A DNA stretch of 64,000 nt from Caldithrix abyssi DSM 13497 (GTDB taxonomy: Bacteria > Electryoneota > AABM5-125-24 > Hatepunaeales > Hatepunaeaceae), in contig CAMBDS010000003.1 in assembly GCA_945865405.1 (NCBI GenBank), forward strand, positions 12,374 through 76,373, written 5' to 3'. The notes under the pieces were generated by a model that ran no database searches, had not been told where the DNA came from, and saw only the letters and a program-made list of their open reading frames with translations. Below, in pieces: positions 52,743-61,204 of the stretch. The position numbers and the translations under genes are program-made. Position 1 is the stretch's first letter; each line of letters opens with the position of its first letter.

Positions 52743-53489
52743 TTACACTCCTCGCTTTCGCACTAATTCCAAATCCGCGGCAGTATTGATTTCAACCCCG
52801 GCGTGCTCGACAATTGCCACCGAATACCTTACCCCCTGTTCGACAAGCCTGAGTTGCTCCAGCCGTTCGGTCAACTCCAATTGGCAAGGCGGCAGACTCG
52901 TGAACTGCTCCAGCGCCTCTCGCCGGTATGCATAGATCCCGATATGCCGCAAAGCCGACTTCCACAGGCCATTTTCCAGAGTCAATTGCGACGGTATCGG
53001 CGATCTCGAAAAATATAACGCCCGCCCATTTTTATCGACCACTACCTTCACGACCGCTGATTCGGTGTAGTCTTCGAACGACTCGATTTGCGCAGCAGCT
53101 GTGCCGACCCCTGCAAGTCCGTCGGCAAGTAGTTTTTCAACAACAGCGTCGATCGATTCGGAATGAATCTGAATTTCGTCGCCCTGTATATTGATGACGA
53201 TGTCGTCCATCCGCTGGTCGCTCTGTTTCGACAATTGCTGATAAGCCTGCCATACCCTGTCCGACCCGCTTTGGCACTCCTCAAAAGTCTCGACCACGTC
53301 CGCCCCCCACGACCTCGCCGCCTTGGCGATGATCTCGTCCCCTGCCGCGATTACCAGCCTGTCGAGCTTCGTCGCCTTCGACGCACGCGTCCACGTATGC
53401 CACAGTACCGCCTTGCCCTCCACTTCGAGCAGCATTTTGCCGGGCAGTCGTGTCGAACCGTAGCGTGCCGGTATGATACCGTAAATCAA
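52743..53489 (-). CDS. kdsB: 3-deoxy-manno-octulosonate cytidylyltransferase
   Basis: IIPARYGSTRLPGKML, NIQGDE, ALYFSRSPIP, HIGIYAY, ERLEQLR motifs. Confidence 0.96.
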   Translation of the reverse strand: MIYGIIPARYGSTRLPGKMLLEVEGKAVLWHTWTRASKATKLDRLVIAAGDEIIAKAARSWGADVVETFEECQSGSDRVWQAYQQLSKQSDQRMDDIVINIQGDEIQIHSESIDAVVEKLLADGLAGVGTAAAQIESFEDYTESAVVKVVVDKNGRALYFSRSPIPSQLTLENGLWKSALRHIGIYAYRREALEQFTSLPPCQLELTERLEQLRLVEQGVRYSVAIVEHAGVEINTAADLELVRKRGV

Positions 53490-53884
53490 ACTTTTCCTTC
53501 CCCCACCACCGCATCTGCTTCGATCTCCACCAGCAACCCCGGCTCAACCAGTCCGCTAATCTCCACCAGTGTCGAAGCCGGCATCACGTCTCCGAAAAAC
53601 TCACGGTGTGCTTTCGAAATAGCTTCGAACTGGCTGATATCGGTCACGTAAACCCTTGTCCGAATCACATCCTTAAGCGACGCCCCCGCCTCTACAAGTG
53701 CCTGTTCGATCTTCGTAAAAGCTGTAATCGCCTGAAGATAAACGTCCCCCGCCCCGATAATCTTCCCTTGATCGTCCACACCTGCGGTCGTTCCTGACAC
53801 AGCAACAACATTCCCGATTCTCACCGCCCGGCTATATCCGTAAACGGGCTCCCACGGCGCTCCCGAGGATATATTCCGCCTCAC
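53486..53884 (-). CDS. RidA/Rut family protein (second)
   Basis: SSGAPWEP..GYSRAV, SGTT, LVEIEADA motifs. Confidence 0.9.
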   Translation of the reverse strand: MRRNISSGAPWEPVYGYSRAVRIGNVVAVSGTTAGVDDQGKIIGAGDVYLQAITAFTKIEQALVEAGASLKDVIRTRVYVTDISQFEAISKAHREFFGDVMPASTLVEISGLVEPGLLVEIEADAVVGEGKV

Positions 53885-54204
53885 GTTTCAGCCCCTTTGA
53901 TGACTCGCGGCACGATAAAATAATCGCCCTTCTTTTGCGGTGCATTCTTCATCACTTCGGAGACGGGCAGCGAAGGCCGAACCACATCATCCCTCAGCAC
54001 CGAGTGGAGATCCAACACATGATGGAGCGGCTCTATCGACGTGGTATCGAGTTCATTTAACTGCTCGACGAAGTCGATAACGCTGCTCATCTTCGCTGCA
54101 AGCTGCTCCCGCTCGTCTTCTGAAGGGGACAGTCTCGCCAGTTCGGCGATCCGGTTCACCTCCTCAAGTGAGATTCTTCGTCCCTTCGTTTCTTCGTGTT
54201 TCAT
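53881..54204 (-). CDS. gatC: Asp/Glu-tRNA amidotransferase subunit C
   Basis: IA.LARL, V..L.ELDT..IEP, LR.D, NAP...GDYF.VP.VI motifs. Confidence 0.93.
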   Translation of the reverse strand: MKHEETKGRRISLEEVNRIAELARLSPSEDEREQLAAKMSSVIDFVEQLNELDTTSIEPLHHVLDLHSVLRDDVVRPSLPVSEVMKNAPQKKGDYFIVPRVIKGAET

Positions 54205-54848
54205 TATCGAATTGGGTCTTTTATCACCACTTCACATGGTGCAAGCCGCTGAAACTCTTCCGCATCCTTTCGACTCCCGACTACATCCGGGTCACCCCAA
54301 TGAATTGGGATCGCTACTTTTGGCTTCAGCATATTCACCGCATCGACCGCTTGCGACGGGTTCATCACATAAGTCCCCGAGACCGGCAGCAAGACGATGT
54401 CGCACTCAAAGTCTCTCATGTGCGGAAACGCGTCGCAATCGCCTGTCTGATAGATCTTCACGCCATCAAGCTCGATGATGTACCCGACAAACCCCATCTC
54501 ACGGGTATGAAACTGCTTGTCAGTGTTGTAAGCCGCCGTCGCATATACGTCCAGCCCGGCGATCCGATGCTTCATATAGGCAAGCGTGTAGAGGCTGGCG
54601 GTCGGAAACTGCTCACGGCAGCACTCAGCAACGAGCGTCTTCCCATCCTTTGCCAATGCCTTCTTTATGTCCGGGACGCTAAAGTGGTCGTAGTGGTTGT
54701 GAGTCACCAGCACCAGATCGCCGTCACCACCCATGCTCGCCGGTAATTTCCACGGGTCGATATAGATCGTCTTCGATGCAGCAATCCTCACTGCCGCATG
54801 ACCGATCAACTGAATCTTATCGACCATGTTCTTGATTTTTTCGTCCAT
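54204..54848 (-). CDS. MBL-fold metallo-hydrolase
   Basis: GHAAVRI, THNHYDH, GDCD, PIHWG motifs. Confidence 0.88.
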   Translation of the reverse strand: MDEKIKNMVDKIQLIGHAAVRIAASKTIYIDPWKLPASMGGDGDLVLVTHNHYDHFSVPDIKKALAKDGKTLVAECCREQFPTASLYTLAYMKHRIAGLDVYATAAYNTDKQFHTREMGFVGYIIELDGVKIYQTGDCDAFPHMRDFECDIVLLPVSGTYVMNPSQAVDAVNMLKPKVAIPIHWGDPDVVGSRKDAEEFQRLAPCEVVIKDPIR

Positions 54849-54870
54849 TTCATTTCCCTTTTCTGTAACT

Positions 54871-54901
54871 CCCCCCTGCTATTGCAGGGGGGTAGGGGGG
54901 G
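54871..54901. repeat. C/G-rich palindrome plus G-tail element
   Basis: CCCCCCTGC-TATT-GCAGGGGGG-TAGGGGGGG; relatives at 37196, 62618 and 63939. Confidence 0.7.
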
Positions 54902-54930
54902 TCATTTTACCGCTTTCCCCATCCCTCCCC

Positions 54931-55389
54931 TTATGTCAACGCAAAAATTACTGTCTTCGGTGCGCCTTGTGCCGGCTGGTACATGTAAAACATCTGACGC
55001 GGGTCGCGGCTTCTTCTGGCAGCAACTCGTTCCTTCAGCAACTCAAAACTCTTGCTCATGTTGCCTTTGGAGAAGTAGTGAACCTTCGAATCGGCACTCG
55101 TATGAATGTCGTATGTGAAGACCTGACTATCGTACTGATCCTTCTTCTCGACTTCTATCATGATACGGGCGTTCATTTTGCCGTATTCGATAAACACCAT
55201 CGAGTTCTTGACCTTGTAGTTATTCGTCTTGATGTCACGATTGAGCTTTTCAAGTTTGCCTTCGAGTCCGATGGCATTCCCCAAAATGAAGAAACAGTTC
55301 ACAAAATAGAACGATTTGCCCGTCCATTCATGTTCTTTATTATCCCAGACTTCGTCACTGATGTCTCGTGATGGTGCGAAACTTGCCAT
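54931..55389 (-). CDS. Hypothetical protein
   Basis: 152-aa ORF filling the gap between gatD and the MBL gene on the operon strand; no motif I can name with confidence. Confidence 0.6.
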   Translation of the reverse strand: MASFAPSRDISDEVWDNKEHEWTGKSFYFVNCFFILGNAIGLEGKLEKLNRDIKTNNYKVKNSMVFIEYGKMNARIMIEVEKKDQYDSQVFTYDIHTSADSKVHYFSKGNMSKSFELLKERVAARRSRDPRQMFYMYQPAQGAPKTVIFALT

Positions 55390-55416
55390 TTTACCCTCTC
55401 GATTAGTTCTATTGTG

Positions 55417-55473
55417 CCGTCACACGTCTCGTGTGACGGTTCTTCTTACTGCGTCACAGGAGACCTGTGACGC
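55417..55473. repeat. Pair of related palindromes with complementary loops
   Basis: CCGTCACAC-GTCTC-GTGTGACGG and GCGTCACAG-GAGAC-CTGTGACGC. Confidence 0.75.
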
Positions 55474-55530
55474 CACGTTCCAACTCTCTACTCTGCACTT
55501 TGCACCCTGCACTTTGCACTTCCCCTCTCC

Positions 55531-56919
55531 CTACTTCCTGACCTTGCTAATGAACTCTTCCACTTCGGGAATGCCACCTTGAAGGATCAAATACCCATTC
55601 GACGGTTCCCGCTCGGTGATCTCCCCCGCAATCGGAGTATACATGATCTCCTTCACTTTATCAAGATCATTCGTCTGACCCAGCGCCCACCCCAGCTTAA
55701 CGTATCCTACTTCCGGCAGCATATTCGCCATCGGGACAACGCCCAGCTCCATCATATCGCGCCCCGTATCATAGACGTACATCTGGACATATCCCCAAAG
55801 CGTCTGCACCGTCATATAAACCGCGATTCCCTTGTCCCGCGCCCGCTTCAAGGCCGGGTAGAGCGGCTTGTTGACATGCCCCAGTCCCGTCCCGGCGATA
55901 ATGATCCCCTTGTAACCATTGTCGATTAAGCTGTCGATGATATCGGCTTTCATATTCGGATAGTAGTAAACTATCGATACCGCCTCTTCGAACGCCGTAT
56001 TGATGACGACGTTACGGTCGAAGCGCCTACGCTTGTAGTCCTGCCTTAGTGGAGAGATCGTCTGACGGCTGACGGTAGCGATGGGAATATCACCGATAGT
56101 CCTGAACGTCGAGCGGTAGCTCGAGTGCATCTTTCTGACTCTCGTCCCGCGGTGAAGGATGCCATACTCATCCGAAGTAGGCCCAAACATGCAGACCATA
56201 ACCTCGGCAATATCCGATTCAGCAGCCGCCTTGACGCTGTGCATCAAGTTCAGCGCCGCATCCGATGAAGGCCTGTCTGACGACCGTTGCGAACCCACCA
56301 TCACAATCGGCACCGGTGAGTTCTGCACCATGAACGATAGTATCGCCGCCGTGTGGTGCATCGTATCCGTCCCGTGACCAATAACGATCCCTTGCACTCC
56401 TCTCTCGATCTCGCGCCCAATAGCTTCCGCCGTCCCCCGCCACTGCTCAGGCCCCATGTTCTCGCTGAAGACCCCATAGAGCTTCTCAGTCTCAAGATTG
56501 CAAATGTCGGCAAGTTCCGGCACCGACCCGTACAACTCCCCCGGCGAAAAAGCCGGTATAACTGCGCCGGTCCTATAGTCCAGCCGTGAAGCTATAGTCC
56601 CCCCCGTCCCGAACAGTTTCACGCGAGGCAACTTCGGATCGAACGGAAACGCTTTCTCAGGAATCTTGTAGTGAGCTTCCTTCCGACCCGTCACCTCTAT
56701 CGCCTCGACCTGAGCCGACGCTATCCCGACGTTATATCCGCTCCTCAGCTTGATAACGATATGGAGAGGATCTGCCGTCTCGCTTCGCGGCAGGATAATC
56801 CCGGTGAACAGCCCCCGCTTCGTCTTGATATTGACGTCACTCCAGACCATCGCCCCGAAATTCTTCAGGGTCGAGAGCGCTTCGCCGCGATAACCTTTAT
56901 AACTTTCTTGATCCGACAT
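55531..56919 (-). CDS. gatD: Glu-tRNA(Gln) amidotransferase subunit D
   Basis: GatD-type N-terminal domain (G.ILPR...IVIKL.SGYNVG) before the asparaginase fold; GTGGTIASR.DY.TGAV, HGTDT, GSQRSSDRPSSD, RKMHS; likely start ATG 56919. Confidence 0.92.
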   Translation of the reverse strand: MSDQESYKGYRGEALSTLKNFGAMVWSDVNIKTKRGLFTGIILPRSETADPLHIVIKLRSGYNVGIASAQVEAIEVTGRKEAHYKIPEKAFPFDPKLPRVKLFGTGGTIASRLDYRTGAVIPAFSPGELYGSVPELADICNLETEKLYGVFSENMGPEQWRGTAEAIGREIERGVQGIVIGHGTDTMHHTAAILSFMVQNSPVPIVMVGSQRSSDRPSSDAALNLMHSVKAAAESDIAEVMVCMFGPTSDEYGILHRGTRVRKMHSSYRSTFRTIGDIPIATVSRQTISPLRQDYKRRRFDRNVVINTAFEEAVSIVYYYPNMKADIIDSLIDNGYKGIIIAGTGLGHVNKPLYPALKRARDKGIAVYMTVQTLWGYVQMYVYDTGRDMMELGVVPMANMLPEVGYVKLGWALGQTNDLDKVKEIMYTPIAGEITEREPSNGYLILQGGIPEVEEFISKVRK

Positions 56920-57043
56920 TCTATTACTTCTAATTTTCTTATTTAGTATCGTTCCGGAGTGCGCATGCTTGTTTGCGCTTAAATGTCTGTGCAGCCCAAT
57001 CAGCTTTGCCGCGTGGGCTATCTGACCTTCCACTTTCTACTTT

Positions 57044-59026
57044 CTACATCCACTCCGCCAACTTCACATCGACTCTCTCCGATAGTAATCTCCCCGGCCA
57101 TCTTCCCTTCAACTGCCCCATCAATAGTCCCATTGCCGCCCGCTTCCGAATCTCAATATCCTTCAATCCAATCGAAGCGGCAAGGTGAATCCCCTCCTCG
57201 ACCCATCCGGTAATTTCTGACTCGTTGGCTGGTCTCGGTAGCATATCGTCGTCGAATCGCCCCGCTTTAGCCGCATCGGTCAGCGCATCGATGATCCCCT
57301 CACGAGTAATCTTCCCCGCCTTGAACGCCTGCAAAATCTCCCCCATCATTTGAGCGGAAAGATTTTCGGTTGCGATTCTCTTCCTGCCCAGCGACTTCGG
57401 TAATTGTATCAAAACAATCGCCACAAATGTCGGGTCGAGCTTCCACTCCTGCACTGCCGTCTTGAAGAGAGGCGCATATTGCGAGATTGCCAATAGCCTG
57501 ATGCAATCTTCCGGCACGCCCAGTTCGACATACCATTGTTCCCGCTCCCAATAGAACTCCGGCAGCGCCGCCCTCAGCATCGCCAACCGTTCCTCTGTTA
57601 CCTTCTTCGGAGGCAAATCGGTATCGGGGTACATCCTGTTCGGCCCCGGCAAAATCCGCTCAAACCCATTCGTCCCGTCGTCGAAAGCCTGCCTCGTCTC
57701 AGACGGTATCCCGACCGTCGCTTCCTGGGCACGAATCTCGATCTCCCTCGCAGCAGATTCAGTGTCCTGAACACTCCCCCATACCAGCACCAGCGTGTCC
57801 TTATCTGTGGCTCCGACTGTCTTCTTCAAAGTTGCCCACTCCGAGGCTGCCAAGAAATCGCTGTGGCTATCGGAATGAAGTATGTTCGGGAGAGTTGTCA
57901 GACACGAGATAACCCTCACCCTGTCGGAAATCTCCGACCCGAAGTAAGCGTCGGTCTGCGTGGGCCAATGGAGTAACTGCTGGAATCCTTTCAACGAAAT
58001 GCATTTGACGACATGCCCCTGCGCAATCGAATCGTGTATCGGCGTATAGCGCGATTTGCGCAAGATTCTCGTCACGTCATCTCTTCGTGCCTGGAATGTC
58101 TCCGGCGTGATGCCGCGTCGTGCAAGCTCTTCCCTGAGCCTTATCAGGTTGAACTGCCGCATCGCTTCGTTGTAAGTCAAAATCGGCACTGTCGCCAATT
58201 TATCAACGCCCTTGATCTCAATTCTCGTACCGCCGTGCACCGAAACATTGACGTCCTGCCTTCCCGCCCCAATCCCTGTCCTAACTCTTCCCGTTGATCG
58301 CGCCAGACGCCTTATGATTTCCCCCACCTCAGCCACTTCCTGCGGCGTAATCATCTGCGGGCCAGTCACCGTCTCCATCAGCGGCATCCCAAGCCTGTCG
58401 GCGAGGTAAATCCTTCTATGCCCAATATCCGACACTTCACGGCACGAGTCTTCCTCCAGCCCCACCTGAAAAATGTCGATGATCCGGTCCTTATACGGGA
58501 TAGTCCCATCGACGCCGACTAAAGTCGTCCGTTGAAATCCTGTTGGAATCGATCCGTCAAGATATTGCTTTCGGGCGATATGGATCTCATCGACTAACGC
58601 GCAATGATAGAGCATCGCCGCTTGAATTGCAATGTCGAGCGCGTCCTGGTTCAAGTGAAATGGCGGAGTGTCGTCCATCTCGTATGTACAGACGGTGTCA
58701 CGATTGATATGGTAGATGATGTCTTTGCGAGTCTTGAACTCCATCAGCGCCGTCCCGTCATACTCGCCAAGCTCTGAGAGTGTCGGGCGCATATGGCGAA
58801 GCATCTCGGCGTGGAACACATCCGAGTACCGCCCCGCCGGGCAGTGGCAGAACAGCTTCTTGGCCGTCAAAAGTTGTTGATGAACTTCCAGGCCGCATCG
58901 AAACCCGATTCTGGCGTAGTCATCTTCCGTCATCTCCGCGAACGGCTTGAAGCGAAAACTAAGGTAGTCGGCCGGATCGTCCGGCATTGGGCGATGCACG
59001 CCAATTGGTGGGATAACTTTGGGCAA
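57044..59026 (-). CDS. gatE: Glu-tRNA(Gln) amidotransferase subunit E
   Basis: GLEVHQQL, RPTLSELGEYD, DGS..TGFQRT, LEEDS.R, DRLG.PL.E, RQDVNVS, AspRS-like insertion with HSD, RMYPDTD; start TTG 59026 or ATG 58987. Confidence 0.92.
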   Translation of the reverse strand: MPKVIPPIGVHRPMPDDPADYLSFRFKPFAEMTEDDYARIGFRCGLEVHQQLLTAKKLFCHCPAGRYSDVFHAEMLRHMRPTLSELGEYDGTALMEFKTRKDIIYHINRDTVCTYEMDDTPPFHLNQDALDIAIQAAMLYHCALVDEIHIARKQYLDGSIPTGFQRTTLVGVDGTIPYKDRIIDIFQVGLEEDSCREVSDIGHRRIYLADRLGMPLMETVTGPQMITPQEVAEVGEIIRRLARSTGRVRTGIGAGRQDVNVSVHGGTRIEIKGVDKLATVPILTYNEAMRQFNLIRLREELARRGITPETFQARRDDVTRILRKSRYTPIHDSIAQGHVVKCISLKGFQQLLHWPTQTDAYFGSEISDRVRVISCLTTLPNILHSDSHSDFLAASEWATLKKTVGATDKDTLVLVWGSVQDTESAAREIEIRAQEATVGIPSETRQAFDDGTNGFERILPGPNRMYPDTDLPPKKVTEERLAMLRAALPEFYWEREQWYVELGVPEDCIRLLAISQYAPLFKTAVQEWKLDPTFVAIVLIQLPKSLGRKRIATENLSAQMMGEILQAFKAGKITREGIIDALTDAAKAGRFDDDMLPRPANESEITGWVEEGIHLAASIGLKDIEIRKRAAMGLLMGQLKGRWPGRLLSERVDVKLAEWM

Positions 59027-59146
59027 TATAGTGTCAAATCATCGACTGCAAGCCCGCCGTGGCACGCAGAAACTAACGATTATACTGACAATTACTGACT
59101 ACGGCGCGTCAGCAATCGGTGCGATTCATGGAATCCAAAACATTTA

Positions 59147-59187
59147 AATATAAAGAAACGCCCCGCCAAAAAGTAGCGGGGCGCTTC
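59147..59187 (-). terminator. Intrinsic terminator after meaB
   Basis: GAAGCGCCCCGC-N9-GCGGGGCGTTTC followed by TTTATATTT. Confidence 0.7.
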
Positions 59188-59265
59188 TGTTTCAGAACAA
59201 GTTCGCAAAATGGACTCGTTCCGTCAAGTCTTAGTGTAGCGTGAACTGAAGGTTGTAAAAGTTCG

Positions 59266-59295
59266 GTTCCGTCAGGTCAAAAGACCTGACGGAAC
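59266..59295. repeat. Perfect 13-bp-arm palindrome
   Basis: GTTCCGTCAGGTC-AAAA-GACCTGACGGAAC. Confidence 0.75.
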
Positions 59296-59303
59296 TTCAA
59301 TCT

Positions 59304-60236
59304 TCATTTCCCCAAAACTCCCCTCACCAATTTCTGCGCCGCCTTCCTGATCTCATTCGACCTGTCGCTCACTTCCTGCACTCGAGCTGGCGGTGTCATC
59401 TCCCAAAAGCGTTTCAACAGCAGTTGCTCTGCCACCCTTCGCGTCCTGTCGATCCGTTGATCCGTCCTCCTTGTCAGCAACGTCCCGTCCTCCTTCGATG
59501 ACGCGAACCGTTGCTCTATCCAGTTGCAAAATTCATCCATTCCGTCGCCATTGCGCGCCAGTGTCGGGATCACCCCCGGCCTGACTTTATAGCTCTTCAA
59601 TTCAAGCGCCCCCTCCAGATCACTTAAATACCTCTGCGACCCTCGTAAATCCATCTTATTGACCAGAAACAGATCGGCAATTTCCATCAGCCCTGCCTTC
59701 ATACTCTGGATCATATCACCTGATCCCGGTTCCAGCACCACAACGGTAATGTCACAAGCCCCCACAATGTCTGTCTCAACCTGCCCCACGCCCACCGTCT
59801 CGATAATGACCCGGTCGAACCCCGATTGATCGAGAATATCTGCCGCATCGACCGCCGTCACCGCCAGCCCCCCGGTCGATCCACGCGTAGCAATGCTCCG
59901 CACAAAGACACCTTCGTCCCCCGCAAGATCCGCCATCCTCACCCTGTCGCCCAACAAAGCTCCTCCCGTGAACGGCGAAGATGGATCCACAGCGATGATC
60001 CCCACTGTCAAGTCCCGCTTGCGAAACCTAACGGCGAGTTCATTAATAATGCTTGACTTTCCCGCCCCAAGAGGCCCCGTGACACCAATGCGGAGTGCTT
60101 CCCCGACTTGACGGCCTCCAATGACCACCGGCATCGGATCGTCGGGGCCAAGCCTGTCGAGTTGGCTCAGCATACGCGAGAGAATGAGTTGTCGTGATTG
60201 AGACAAGGGATTGCTTTCATAAGAGATATTAGCCAC
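59304..60236 (-). CDS. meaB: MeaB/ArgK-family GTPase
   Basis: G..GAGKSS, AVDPSSPFTGGALLGDRVRM, ETVGVGQ, KAGLMEIAD, NK.D motifs. Confidence 0.93.
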   Translation of the reverse strand: MANISYESNPLSQSRQLILSRMLSQLDRLGPDDPMPVVIGGRQVGEALRIGVTGPLGAGKSSIINELAVRFRKRDLTVGIIAVDPSSPFTGGALLGDRVRMADLAGDEGVFVRSIATRGSTGGLAVTAVDAADILDQSGFDRVIIETVGVGQVETDIVGACDITVVVLEPGSGDMIQSMKAGLMEIADLFLVNKMDLRGSQRYLSDLEGALELKSYKVRPGVIPTLARNGDGMDEFCNWIEQRFASSKEDGTLLTRRTDQRIDRTRRVAEQLLLKRFWEMTPPARVQEVSDRSNEIRKAAQKLVRGVLGK

Positions 60237-60261
60237 CGGGCATCCTTACCCGCCGGACTTC

Positions 60262-60290
60262 AATATACTACCTGAGGTGAATTGTAGCAA
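60262..60290 (-). promoter_or_regulatory. Sigma70-type promoter for meaB
   Basis: TTGCTA-17 nt-TATATT. Confidence 0.55.
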
Positions 60291-60389
60291 CCGCTTTCCC
60301 CTTTTCTGCCTTCTCAACTTGCCGACATTTCCACTTTCGCACTTTCCCTCCCTTCCAGAAATTATTTTTTTCACGATTCGAGAAAATTG

Positions 60390-60418
60390 TTGCATATCAC
60401 ACTTTCAAGCAATATATT
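60390..60418 (+). promoter_or_regulatory. Sigma70-type promoter for the LPP20 operon
   Basis: TTGCAT-17 nt-TATATT; GGAGG RBS before ATG 60461. Confidence 0.6.
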
Positions 60419-60460
60419 ATTGATGCAGTTAATCCGCTCCCCAAACTTTTTGGAGGTAGA

Positions 60461-61054
60461 ATGCACCGCTTTCCTTTTCGACCAACCTTACTTCTGCTCA
60501 CCCTTGTCATAATCATTGGGTGCGGCGGAACAAAACACACCGGAATCACTCCCGAAGCAACCAAAACCGTCATCGACGACGCTCCCAACTGGTTCCTCAA
60601 TCCTCCGCAAGACGATGATTACATTGCCGGAGTTGGCACAGCCACCTCTCGCGACATGCAACTCGCCAAGGACAAAGCTACAGAGTCCGCCCGCTTCGAA
60701 GTCGCCAAAGGCATCGAGACCAAGTACGAAGCCATCTCCAAGCGCTTCCAGGAAGAGGTCGGCACCTCTGTTGACGCCCAGTACCTCGACCAATTCACCC
60801 AGGCCACGAAAGCCACTGTTTCGCAAATCCTTACAGGTGTCAGCGTCGATAAAGTCTCCCTTGGTGAAGAGAGCGGCGTCTTCCGCGCCTACGCATTGGT
60901 AAAGCTACCTTTAGGGGCCGCATCAGAGGCTTTGATGAATCGCATTAAGCAACAGGACGAGCTTTACACTCGTTATCGTTCTACCGACGTCTTCGAAGAA
61001 CTTGAGAAAGATGCCCAAAAATTCGAAGACTGGAAAAAGACCCAAAACCACTAA
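60461..61054 (+). CDS. LPP20-family lipoprotein
   Basis: Signal peptide with lipobox IIGC; P.WF..P, GVGTA, A...A...AR.E motifs. Confidence 0.82.
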   Translation: MHRFPFRPTLLLLTLVIIIGCGGTKHTGITPEATKTVIDDAPNWFLNPPQDDDYIAGVGTATSRDMQLAKDKATESARFEVAKGIETKYEAISKRFQEEVGTSVDAQYLDQFTQATKATVSQILTGVSVDKVSLGEESGVFRAYALVKLPLGAASEALMNRIKQQDELYTRYRSTDVFEELEKDAQKFEDWKKTQNH

Positions 61055-61061
61055 GAGTTCC

Positions 61062-61157
61062 GCTGTCAGACGCCCTCGTCTGACAGCAACAAAAGTTCTT
61101 CTGCCGCCCTCCCGCGGTCGGCAGCCATAGTGTCCTGGCGGACGCCCTCGTCCGCCA
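61062..61157. repeat. REP-like palindromes with GCCCTC loop
   Basis: GCTGTCAGAC-GCCCTC-GTCTGACAGC and TGGCGGAC-GCCCTC-GTCCGCCA; same class at 33861 and 63767. Confidence 0.75.
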
Positions 61158-61204
61158 TCCCAAATGCTCTGTCAGCAAACGAACAAGCAGATAGCGGTTT
61201 CGTC

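Noticed and set aside
55531-56919. Calling gatD a plain L-asparaginase (ansA)
   Set aside because: It has the extra GatD N-terminal domain, the DY.TGAV and SSDRPSSD motifs, and sits next to gatE.
61052-61204. Stop read-through fusing the LPP20 lipoprotein to the next gene (the spacer is in frame and open)
   Set aside because: The stop is TAA with no recoding signal, and the downstream gene has its own ATG and signal peptide; an in-frame spacer has a 1-in-3 chance.
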